From an uncultured bacterium (lineage in GTDB: Bacteria > Patescibacteriota > Patescibacteriia > Magasanikbacterales > GWA2-37-8), in assembly GCA_937903605.1 (NCBI GenBank), contig CALCZC010000028.1, positions 6,680 through 70,679 of the forward strand: a DNA stretch of 64,000 nucleotides, written 5' to 3'. Under the pieces are notes generated by a model, which searched no databases, was not told where the DNA came from, and worked only from the letters and a program-made list of their open reading frames with translations. This document shows, in pieces, positions 51,824 to 60,472 of the stretch; the first letter of the stretch is position 1; each line of letters begins with the position of its first letter. Both the position numbers and the translations under genes were made by a program.

Positions 51824-53329
51824 TCATTTTTTTAATGGTGGAATAAGCATTTTCAACCAACCGCTCTTATTATTATTTATCGCTTCTTTTATTTTAGCTT
51901 TAGCACTATTAGTTTTGACAAAATCTAACCAGTCGGAATTAGGGGCTTTCCTGGTTCTATCAACAAGTATTTCTATCACGTCGCCATTTTTAAGAGGGGT
52001 ATCAAGACTTACCATTTGGTCATTTATTTTAGCTCCAATACATTTGTTGCCAACATCAGTATGAATTTGATAAGCAAAATCGACCGGTGTGGCATTTTCT
52101 GGTAAATCAATAACATCACCGACCGGGGTAAAAACAAAAATTCTATTTTGGAAAAAATCTAATTTCAAATTTTCCAAGTCAGTCATGTTGTTCAAAAGTT
52201 CTTTTTGAATTTTGGCCAATTCTTTTGCCCAAGGGATATCACGGTTAGGTATTTTTGACCTACCTTTTTCATCATAATGCCAGTGAGCGGCGATACCATA
52301 TTCAGCTTCATCATGCATATCCGGTGTACGGATTTGAAACTCAACTATTTTTCCATCATCGCAAAACACGGTGGTATGTAATGATTTATAACCGTTTGGT
52401 TTTGGTTGGGCGATATAATCCTTAATTCTTCCTTTGAGTGGACGCCATAGTTTATGGATAATACCAAGTGCCGCATAACAATCCCCGATATCTTTGACCA
52501 AAATACGCAAAGCTACGATATCGTAAATTTTATCCACCATCCAGTTTTTGGCCAAACATTTCTGATATAGGCTATAAAGTTGTTTTTTGCGACCGTGAAT
52601 ATCCATTACCTCAATATCATTTTTGGCCAATTCTTTTTTTGCCACTTCCATTATTTCTTCCAAAGAACTTTCAGATTCGCTGATAAAATTTTCTCGGATT
52701 TTTTTTACTTTGGCATATTCTTCAGGATAGACATAAGGAAAAGATAGATCTTCAAGCGCGCCCTTGAACTCACCCATGCCAAGACGATTAGCAATCGGGG
52801 CATAAATTTCCAAACTTTCTTTGGCAATACGGTATTGTTTAGCCGGAGTATGAAATTCCAGAGTTTTGAGGTTATGAATACGGTCGGCAAATTTGATAAT
52901 CATCACGCGCATATCTTCAGCCATGGCCAAAAACATCTTGCGTAAGTTTTCTATATATCTTTCCAATCCGCGGTATTTGAGTTTACCGAGTTTGGTGATA
53001 CCTCTAATCATCCCGGCGATATCATCGCCAAAATTTTTAGCAATTTCCTCCAGCGGTATGCCCGCATCTTCTGGTACATCGTGAAGTAATCCCGCGATCA
53101 CGATATTAATATCAATATGCATTTTAGCCAGGAAATAAGCGGCAGTCAAAGGGTGGGTAATATATGGTTCGCCGGAATACCTTTTTTTATCTTTGTGAGC
53201 TTCAGCCGCATAATCGTATGCCAAAATAGCCCGTTCAACATCATTTGGTGAGCAATATGTTTTTAGTTCCTTAAACAGCAAATCGGCGTTTAAATTTTTT
53301 GGAATTTCGAAAAACCAACCTCTTTTCAT
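51824..53329 (-). CDS. rel: RelA/SpoT (p)ppGpp synthetase/hydrolase (HD-SYNTH-TGS; no ZFD/ACT)
   Basis: SGEPYITHP, LLHDVPED, ADRIHN, NGYKSLHT, EFQIRT, ATPVDFAY..HT. Confidence 0.93.
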   Translation of the reverse strand: MKRGWFFEIPKNLNADLLFKELKTYCSPNDVERAILAYDYAAEAHKDKKRYSGEPYITHPLTAAYFLAKMHIDINIVIAGLLHDVPEDAGIPLEEIAKNFGDDIAGMIRGITKLGKLKYRGLERYIENLRKMFLAMAEDMRVMIIKFADRIHNLKTLEFHTPAKQYRIAKESLEIYAPIANRLGMGEFKGALEDLSFPYVYPEEYAKVKKIRENFISESESSLEEIMEVAKKELAKNDIEVMDIHGRKKQLYSLYQKCLAKNWMVDKIYDIVALRILVKDIGDCYAALGIIHKLWRPLKGRIKDYIAQPKPNGYKSLHTTVFCDDGKIVEFQIRTPDMHDEAEYGIAAHWHYDEKGRSKIPNRDIPWAKELAKIQKELLNNMTDLENLKLDFFQNRIFVFTPVGDVIDLPENATPVDFAYQIHTDVGNKCIGAKINDQMVSLDTPLKNGDVIEILVDRTRKAPNSDWLDFVKTNSAKAKIKEAINNNKSGWLKMLIPPLKK

Positions 53330-53406
53330 AAAATTTATCTCTACTATATATCATATCCTCAAATTAAACTCTTGACAAGATGCCAAAAATATGCTATAGT
53401 ATCGGT

Positions 53407-53479
53407 GGTAATGTCAAGATAGCCTTTAAAGCTGGCTTAACTCCGTGTCCAATTTATTGGACACGGAGTTTTGCTTTTT
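53407..53479 (+). ncRNA. Candidate small RNA 1 (~70 nt), divergent from rel
   Basis: TTGACA-17-TATAGT with TGn (53372-53400); 14-bp terminator stem at 53439-53470; no ORF. Confidence 0.45.
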
Positions 53480-53516
53480 GAGGTTGCTTTTTTTATTCTT
53501 TTTTGTTATTATAATT

Positions 53517-53615
53517 TTGCGTTGCGCCAGAACCTTGGCATTACCAAAGGCATTAAGGCGTCTAGGCGTGATGCAATCTTAGAAACACTTCCCCTATGGG
53601 GAGGTGTTTCGCTTT
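53517..53615 (+). ncRNA. Candidate small RNA 2 (~95 nt)
   Basis: TTGCTT-17-TATTAT with TGn; stem 53517-28/53565-76; terminator-like stem at 53582-53610. Confidence 0.45.
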
Positions 53616-53635
53616 AAATAATAGGAATAATAATT

Positions 53636-53720
53636 CTCCCTCCTCTTATTCAAGAGGAGGGCTGGGGTGGAGTTGAAAAACAAGACTCTCCCTTAATCCC
53701 TCTCTTGAAGAAGAGAGGGA
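53636..53720. repeat. Inverted pair of CCCTCCTCTT..AAGAGGAGGG-type palindromic repeats
   Basis: Two units in opposite orientation; a related unit lies inside the gene at 24223-24261. Confidence 0.7.
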
Positions 53721-53794
53721 AAATACTTGTAGGGCGGTGAATGTAAAATAAAAAAATTCTCCGTATTAAGGAGAATTTTTTAGTTTGTTTTGTT

Positions 53795-55996
53795 TTAATT
53801 ACATTCTTTATTACTACATTTCTCTATACCCTTTCTATCAATTATCATTGGCGCCTTACATTCTTCGCAGAATTTTCCAGTTGGTTTATCCCAGAGTGCG
53901 AAATCGCAATCAGGATATTTGCTGCAACCAAAAAACATTTTCCCGCGTTTACTACGTTTTTGTATAATATCACCGTCTTTGCATTTGGGACATTTCATGT
54001 CTATCTTTATTTCTATATTTTTTATATTTTTGCATTTTGGATAATTGGCGCAAGCCATAAAAGGACCGAAACGTCCGACTTTCTTGACCATATCTCCGCC
54101 ACATTTTTCACATTTTTCACCAGTGATTTCTTCCGGAGTTTTTTCTTCTACTTTTCCGTCTTTGCCGATATTTTTGGTATTTTTACATTCCGGATATCCG
54201 GTGCAAGCCAAAAATTTTCCGTAACGGGAAGTTTTTATCACCATCGGCTTACCGCATTTTTCACAAATTTCATTTGTTTCCATTTCAACAATATCTTTTT
54301 TGACCAATTCTTTATCTTTGGTTTCCAGGTTTTCTTTAAAAGGAGTATAAAAAGCACGGATTACCGGAGGCCATTGTTTTTTACCCTCGGCTATTTCATC
54401 AAGCGATTCTTCCATTTCCGCAGTAAATTTATAATCCACGATTTGCGCGAAATGTTCTACCAGCACATCATTGACCAAAAAGGCGATGTCAGTCGGAGCA
54501 AGACGTTTTTTTTCATCGCGTTCTACGTATCCGCGACTTTCAATTGTAGCGATAGTTGGCGCATAAGTACTCGGACGGCCGATACCATATTCTTCCAGAG
54601 CTTTTACCAGGGTGGCATCACTATAGCGAGCCGGTGGTTCGGTAAAATGTTGTTCTGGTTTGAGTTCTTCACAATTAACCTTGTCGCCGATGACAAGTTC
54701 CGGTAAAGTGTTTTCTTTAGTTTTTTCCGGGAATAATTTCAAGAAACCGTCAAAAATAATAGTCTGACCGGTGGCGCGAAATAAATAATCGTTTTCAGAT
54801 ACCACATCCATACTCACGGAATTCAATTCCGCTTCGGCCATCTGTGTGGCTACGGCTCGACGCCAGATCAAATCATAAAGTCTATATTGATTTCTATCCA
54901 AATATGGCTCTACTGATTTTGGTGTACGAAAAGCGTCGGTTGGACGAATAGCTTCGTGGGCTTCTTGAGCGTTCTTGTTTTTGTTTTTATAAAATCTCGG
55001 TGCGGATAAAGAGTATTTTTTTCCAAATTCTTTTTCAATCACCTCTCTGGATTCATTGAGAAATTTTTCCGATAAATTTACCGCATCGGTTCTCATATAA
55101 GTGATGAGACCGACGTGTCCCTCGGTTCCGATTTCAATACCTTCATAAAGTTTTTGCGCCAGCATCATGGTTTGTTTGGCGGAAAATCCCAGAGCGTTGT
55201 TGGCTTCTTGTTGTAGGGTGGAAGTGGTAAACGGAGGTAGGGGATTACGTTTAGTTTGTTTTTTCTCCAAATCTTTTATCGTGTATTTTTGTTTTTCCAA
55301 ATCAGCAATAATTTTATTTACTTGTTCGGCATTTTTCAAATCCATTTTATCCAATTTTTTGTTTGCGACAGAATGTAGCTTGGTATTAAAAATATTTTTT
55401 TCTTTACTAAAAACACCCTCCAAACTCCAGTATTCCTCGGTGTTAAAAGCTTTGATTTCACGTTCGCGTTCCACTATCAAACGCACAGCCACAGATTGCA
55501 CACGTCCGGCAGATAGTCCTTTGGCGACTTTACGCCACAGAAATGGGGACAGTTCGTAACCGACCAAACGATCAAGCACGCGACGAGCTTGTTGAGCGTC
55601 TACCAAATTCATATCCAATTCACGAGGATGCTTCATAGCCTCTTCAAGTGCATGTTTGGTAATTTCATGGAAAGTGATGCGTTTGAGTTCTTTTTTCTTC
55701 AAATCCAAAATTTCGGACAAATGCCAAGCAATAGCTTCTCCTTCGCGGTCCTCATCGCTTGCGAGTATCACTTCGTCGGCTTTTTTGGCCGCTTCTTTGA
55801 GTTCTTTGACGACTTTGGTTTTATCCTTGGAAACTATGTATTTTGGAGCAAAATCATGCTCAATATCAATACTTAATTTACTTTTTGGTAAATCTCGGAC
55901 ATGACCAAAAGAGGATTTTATTATAAAATCCTTGCCCAAAAAACGGGAAATTGTCTTGGCTTTTGTCGGAGATTCTACGATTACGAGTGTTTTCAT
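53795..55996 (-). CDS. topA: DNA topoisomerase I with C-terminal Zn ribbons
   Basis: IVESPTKAK, DEDREGE, SAGRVQS, ITYMRTD, GIGRPSTY; start at ATG 55996. Confidence 0.98.
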   Translation of the reverse strand: MKTLVIVESPTKAKTISRFLGKDFIIKSSFGHVRDLPKSKLSIDIEHDFAPKYIVSKDKTKVVKELKEAAKKADEVILASDEDREGEAIAWHLSEILDLKKKELKRITFHEITKHALEEAMKHPRELDMNLVDAQQARRVLDRLVGYELSPFLWRKVAKGLSAGRVQSVAVRLIVEREREIKAFNTEEYWSLEGVFSKEKNIFNTKLHSVANKKLDKMDLKNAEQVNKIIADLEKQKYTIKDLEKKQTKRNPLPPFTTSTLQQEANNALGFSAKQTMMLAQKLYEGIEIGTEGHVGLITYMRTDAVNLSEKFLNESREVIEKEFGKKYSLSAPRFYKNKNKNAQEAHEAIRPTDAFRTPKSVEPYLDRNQYRLYDLIWRRAVATQMAEAELNSVSMDVVSENDYLFRATGQTIIFDGFLKLFPEKTKENTLPELVIGDKVNCEELKPEQHFTEPPARYSDATLVKALEEYGIGRPSTYAPTIATIESRGYVERDEKKRLAPTDIAFLVNDVLVEHFAQIVDYKFTAEMEESLDEIAEGKKQWPPVIRAFYTPFKENLETKDKELVKKDIVEMETNEICEKCGKPMVIKTSRYGKFLACTGYPECKNTKNIGKDGKVEEKTPEEITGEKCEKCGGDMVKKVGRFGPFMACANYPKCKNIKNIEIKIDMKCPKCKDGDIIQKRSKRGKMFFGCSKYPDCDFALWDKPTGKFCEECKAPMIIDRKGIEKCSNKECN

Positions 55997-56063
55997 AAAA
56001 TTATTAAACTCTATACTACTATATAGTTCCGTTTTCGTCAATTCTATGTAAAAAATTGTTATC

Positions 56064-56092
56064 TTGCAAAAATCGTCAAATTGTGCTATAAT
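56064..56092 (+). promoter_or_regulatory. Promoter of the DGR target gene
   Basis: TTGCAA-17-TATAAT with TGn extension. Confidence 0.7.
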
Positions 56093-56126
56093 TAGATAAA
56101 CAAAGGAGTATTTTAAATAATTTGTT

Positions 56127-57956
56127 ATGTCCGAAAATCCAAATTTTCTCAAAAACAAATATAATCTTCACACCAGTGAGGAAGTTTTGCGTGCCAAAAA
56201 ACGCACAGAAAGTAAAACCGGAGAAAAGGTCAAAGAAGACCCGTCTTCGCTTATTCAAAATTATCTAAACCGTTTCAAAGAAATTACTGACCGCAAAGAC
56301 CCTACTGACAGAGAACAAGGTATAGAAGCTCTCAAACGCGTCCTTTATCGTGACAGTATTATCAAGCCCGAAGATATCCCACAGTCATATTGGGAAGCCC
56401 AAGCTCGTTTAGCTCGTGAACAAGGTCATGGCGATATTGAGATTACAGAGGAAATGAAAGACAGTGGTGCGGAAATACTTATCACTGATCAAAAAAGCAG
56501 TTTAGATACTTGGATTGATTATATGGCATCTCAAGATGCCACTTATCCAGACTGGCTTAAATATTTTGCCATTCGCAGTGTTTTGAATTTGGGCGAATAC
56601 GATAAAGAAAAAAAAGTTTTTTCCAAACGATCCAAAGGCACAGTCAAACCATTTCCCGACCTTAACCGTGAAGCTCTAGCTTACGTTTTGGATGCCGTGG
56701 AGAAAAAATATCAAAAGCAAGGTATTGATTTGGAAAATCTTAACGAAGAAGATAAAAAAACTTTTGATAAAATACTCAAAGAAGAAAATTTCGGCAAGCT
56801 TTACGCTTTTGCTATTGATAAAGTTACTCCGACCGAAGTTAATCTCTTAACTGTAACAGAAGGGCAATGGAAAAAATACGATAAAGACAGCGACCATATG
56901 CCTTTGGTAAAATCTCTGCAAGGACACGGCACCGGTTGGTGTACAGCCGGCGAAAGTACTGCTCAAACCCAGCTTCAAGGCGGAGACTTTTATGTTTATT
57001 ACTCTCTTGATAAAGACGACAAACCAACTATTCCTCGTGCCGCAATCAGAATGCAAGAAAACAAAATTGCCGAGGTTCGTGGAATAGGGCCTGACCAAAA
57101 TCTTGATCCCTACATTGGCGAAGTGGTTAAACAAAAAATGACTGAATTTTCTGATGGACAACTTTATGAGAAAAAGGCGGGAGATATGAAATTCTTAACT
57201 CAAATAGACAAAAAAACCCAAAATCAAGAACCACTAACAAAAGAAGAACTAAATTTTCTTTATGAAGTAGATGAAAAAATACAAGGTTTTGGTTATAAAG
57301 ATGATCCAAGAGTAAAAGAAATCAGAAACCAAAGAAACCCGGAGCAAGATATGTCCATAATTTTTGATTGTACCCCTGACCAAATCGCCCACAATCAAAA
57401 AGAAGTGAACGAAAACACCAAAGCCTATGTTGGCGAACTATTTCCCAATATTTTTCAAACTCTCCAAACTGAACATATTTACACTGAATTTCCCGAAGGT
57501 AAAATCAGAAGATATAATATTGAAATTGGTGGCAAAAGCAAAAAAGAACTGGAAGTGGAAATGAAAAAACAAAAGATTACCATTAGTAGTTATGCGCAAG
57601 ATATGTTAAACAGTTCGGATTTCGCCACTTCAAAAAAAGCAGAAAGAGAAACCCTTATCCGTTTAAGAGTCGCTGATCTCAAAACAAAAAATCAAACCAC
57701 GGATGAAATATTTGCTAAAGCCAAAGAATTGGGCCTTGAACTCTGTCCTCCTGAAACCGGACCGCAATTTAGATTGCAAAACCCAACTCAAGAATATATT
57801 ATAATTGGAATGAAACAAATCGCCGACCGTTACGACTATCCGAGCGTGTTCAACTTGGACAGCGATAGCGATGGTCTGTGGCTCAACGGCATCATTGCCC
57901 GTCCTGGCCTCAGGTGGAATGATGACAGCAAGTTCGTTTTCCGTCTTCGTAAGTGA
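56127..57956 (+). CDS. DGR target protein (609 aa) with C-terminal variable region
   Basis: Last 44 codons match TR; internal GTGWCTAG...PRAAIRM..KIAEVRG..N resembles a PcfJ-like domain; no signal peptide or TM helix. Confidence 0.92.
   Translation: MSENPNFLKNKYNLHTSEEVLRAKKRTESKTGEKVKEDPSSLIQNYLNRFKEITDRKDPTDREQGIEALKRVLYRDSIIKPEDIPQSYWEAQARLAREQGHGDIEITEEMKDSGAEILITDQKSSLDTWIDYMASQDATYPDWLKYFAIRSVLNLGEYDKEKKVFSKRSKGTVKPFPDLNREALAYVLDAVEKKYQKQGIDLENLNEEDKKTFDKILKEENFGKLYAFAIDKVTPTEVNLLTVTEGQWKKYDKDSDHMPLVKSLQGHGTGWCTAGESTAQTQLQGGDFYVYYSLDKDDKPTIPRAAIRMQENKIAEVRGIGPDQNLDPYIGEVVKQKMTEFSDGQLYEKKAGDMKFLTQIDKKTQNQEPLTKEELNFLYEVDEKIQGFGYKDDPRVKEIRNQRNPEQDMSIIFDCTPDQIAHNQKEVNENTKAYVGELFPNIFQTLQTEHIYTEFPEGKIRRYNIEIGGKSKKELEVEMKKQKITISSYAQDMLNSSDFATSKKAERETLIRLRVADLKTKNQTTDEIFAKAKELGLELCPPETGPQFRLQNPTQEYIIIGMKQIADRYDYPSVFNLDSDSDGLWLNGIIARPGLRWNDDSKFVFRLRK
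57822..57953 (+). repeat. DGR variable repeat (VR)
   Basis: 132 bp, ungapped alignment to TR, 16 mismatches. Confidence 0.97.
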
Positions 57957-58001
57957 TTTTTAAAAAATTTATAACTTTCGGTTACTTTGATTCTTTTGTT
58001 C

Positions 58002-58030
58002 TTGGATTCTTATAAAAAATTTGCTATAAT
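58002..58030 (+). promoter_or_regulatory. Putative promoter for the TR-containing RNA
   Basis: TTGGAT-17-TATAAT with TGn extension (TGCTATAAT). Confidence 0.6.
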
Positions 58031-58252
58031 TTAGTTAGTTTGATTATTTTGAAAGGTCATGGCTTTTCAACATCTCTCTGGCAATTGTAAATTGAGTTAT
58101 AAACGGTTACGGCTTTTTACAGAGTGATTTATATATTGTCTAACAAAAAGAAAACACTTGGTATGGAAAACTGGCGGATTTTAGATCCCAAATAAAATAC
58201 AGCCCAATGTTATTTTCACATAGGCAGTGTAATAGAAGGTTTTCCATATAAA

Positions 58253-58384
58253 ACCGACCGTAACGACAATCCGAACGTGTTCAACTTGAACAGCAATAGC
58301 GATGATCTGTGGCTCAACAACAACAATGCCCGTCCTGACAACAGGTGGAATGATGACAACAAGTTCGTTTTCCGTCTTCGAAAG
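58253..58384 (+). repeat. DGR template repeat (TR)
   Basis: 13 AAY codons and 42 adenines; every VR difference lies at a TR adenine. Confidence 0.97.
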
Positions 58385-58401
58385 TTTTATCTTTTCCACG
58401 C

Positions 58402-58799
58402 CTACAAAGCGTGGTTTTTCTTTTCCGGATTGTTTAAACTATTTTTCCAACCGCCAAACATTTTCCCTATTTCTTCTATTTTAGAAGAAATTGTTTCATA
58501 GTGGGTGTGCGCGATAATTTTTCCTTCCCAAGCAGTGTAAATTAAAAATTTCAGAGTATCCAGTATTACTAAACAATTTGTTATTTTTTCCGCTTTATTT
58601 TCTTTATTGCTAAAATATGTCAAATAAGCAAGCTCCATCAAATCTAAAAATTTATTTTCAATTCGCGCGCCCAAGGTATAGCGTGTGCTTTTTTGCATAT
58701 GAATAGCGATATTAATCCACGACAAATAAAGTTCTTTGACCTTGTTCAAGATAGAAGCGTTGTTGAAAGTGCGGGGGGGGGGGTAGAAGATGTGATCAT
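58402..58799 (-). CDS. avd: Avd-like accessory variability determinant; ATG at 58799 is out of frame at the C11 tract (in-frame TTG at 58749)
   Basis: RYTLGARIE, LDTLKFLI and EIGKMFGGW four-helix-bundle motifs. Confidence 0.88.
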
Positions 58800-59783
58800 A
58801 AATATAATGAAATTATTTCTAAAGGAAATTTATTGGTTTCTTGGCAGGAATTTTTATCCGACAAGAAAGAACGTAAAGATATAGCCGAGTTTATGATCAA
58901 TTTCTCCGGTAATATTTCAAATTTGTGTAATGAATTAAAAGAAAAAACATATAAACATAATGATTATATTGCATTTAAAATAAACGATCCCAAACCGCGC
59001 GATATTCACAAAGCGAGTGTACGAGACAGGGTTGTCCATCACGCCATTTATAGAATTTTGTATCCGTATTTTGATAGACAGTTTATTTTTGATTCTTATT
59101 CCTGTCGGATTGATAAAGGAACACACCGGGCGATTGGTCGTTTTGAGAATTTTGCGCGAAAAGTTTCCTTAAACAGCAAGCGGACGGTTTGGGTTTTGAA
59201 ATGCGATATCAGAAAATTTTTTGCCAATATTGATCATCTTATTTTGAAAACAATATTAGACAAACATATTTTAGATAAAGATATTGTCTGGCTTTTATCG
59301 CAAATAATAGACAGTTTTAACACAGCGGGTAAAGAAAATGTCGGCTTGCCACTTGGAAATCTAACCTCTCAGCTTCTGGTTAATATTTACATGAACGAAT
59401 TTGATCAATTTGTTAAACGAAAATTAAAAATCAAATATTATGTTCGTTATGCCGATGATTTTATCATTTTACACGAAAATAAAAGTTTTTTACAGGATTT
59501 GATTTTGGAAATAAGCGAATTTTTGGAAACAAAATTGAAACTTTTATTACATCCAAAAAAAGTTAGTATAAAAACTTTCAATTCGGGTGTGGATTTTTTA
59601 GGTTGGGTCTGTTTTTCAAACCATAAAGTATTGCGGACAAAAACAAAGAGACGAATGTTTAAAAGAATAGAGAAACATAAAACTAAAGAAACATTGGCTT
59701 CATATTTGGGGATGTTGAGTCATGGAAATGCGTATAAATTGAGTAAGAAGATAAAATTTATAACTCCAACCCCGCTTGTTTAA
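58699..59783 (+). CDS. DGR reverse transcriptase; ATG at 58699 is out of frame at the G11 tract (in-frame TTG at 58833)
   Basis: KPRDIH, VRDRVVHHA, KGTHRA, LKCDIRKFF, GLPLGNLTSQ, YVRYADD, DFLG; in-frame HKYNEIISKGNLL lies upstream of the TTG. Confidence 0.95.
58773..58783. repeat. G11/C11 homopolymer in the avd/RT 5' overlap
   Basis: GC-GGGGGGGGGGG-TAG; the only G/C run of this length noticed in this AT-rich window. Confidence 0.9.
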
Positions 59784-59851
59784 AAGTGCCATGGTATTTT
59801 ATTTTACAAAAGCTGATTTTAATGATAAAATTTTTGCATTATTTATCAAAT

Positions 59852-60472
59852 ATGAATATTTACCTTGACGAATCATACAATTTACAAAAAACAAGAGGTA
59901 AAATGTTTGTCAGTATCAACGGTTTTGCTGTTTTTGACGACCGACTATTGAGAAAACGTTGGAAAATTGTAAGAAAGGATTATGTACGATCAAAAAGACG
60001 TGTTCATGCGACCGACTCTTATTTTGAAGAATTAAGAAAAAAAAGTTTGAAGTTATTAAACAGAAATGATATTAGCGTTTTTTCGGTATTCCAAGTAATT
60101 CAGGAATTGCCGTATGATTATTTTGATAAAGAGGGCATAAAGTTTGATTTTTTGTATGCCTCTTTACTGAAAAAGTTGTTTGTGGAAATGTCCTTGGGAG
60201 AGTATAAAAAAATAAGAATATTTATAGATGCCAGAAAACACAAAGGTGGAAAATTGGGAGAAAAAAAGTTTCAAAAAGAGATTGAAGATTTTTTAAAAAA
60301 TAAATTTTTCAACACCGTTTGTATTTACAAAGCCACCCCGTCATATTTGGATGTTTTGGTTGAATTATCCGATTTTGTTTCTAATACTTTTTATAGGGAA
60401 TATCAAAATAATTCTACGCATGTATTTAAAGATGCCGGCATTAGATTTATACAAATCAAAAATCCGCTGTGA
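59852..60472 (+). CDS. DUF3800-like (RNase H-fold) protein
   Basis: N-terminal IYLDES, central IFIDAR, C-terminal S..LVELSDFVSN. Confidence 0.75.
   Translation: MNIYLDESYNLQKTRGKMFVSINGFAVFDDRLLRKRWKIVRKDYVRSKRRVHATDSYFEELRKKSLKLLNRNDISVFSVFQVIQELPYDYFDKEGIKFDFLYASLLKKLFVEMSLGEYKKIRIFIDARKHKGGKLGEKKFQKEIEDFLKNKFFNTVCIYKATPSYLDVLVELSDFVSNTFYREYQNNSTHVFKDAGIRFIQIKNPL

Larger units (their letters stand above)
56127..59783. mobile_element. Diversity-generating retroelement (target/VR - TR - inverted avd - RT)
   Basis: VR/TR pair with adenine-only mismatches, Avd-like four-helix protein, DGR-type RT. Confidence 0.97.

Noticed and set aside
53960-55904. Long plus-strand ORFs antisense to topA (up to 248 aa), and similar ones opposite fusA, pnp and tuf
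   Set aside because: Phe/Ile-rich mirror-frame shadows of highly conserved genes with no recognisable motifs.
55997-56158. 54-aa N-terminal extension of topA in the ORF track
   Set aside because: The conserved Toprim start is MKTLVIVES at 55996; the extension overlaps promoters and the divergent gene.
57954-58001. GC-rich hairpin/cruciform downstream of VR, as in some DGRs
   Set aside because: Only a weak TAAC-tttcg-GTTA stem is visible, which is too little to call.
58181-58501. ORFs 58277-58501(+), 58302-58484(+) and 58181-58399(-)
   Set aside because: They result from the stop-free TR and antisense avd; TR functions as RNA template.
58693-58884. 63-aa ORF MHMNSDINP...GGGVEDVII
   Set aside because: Interpreted as the out-of-frame 5' part of the RT gene, not an independent gene.
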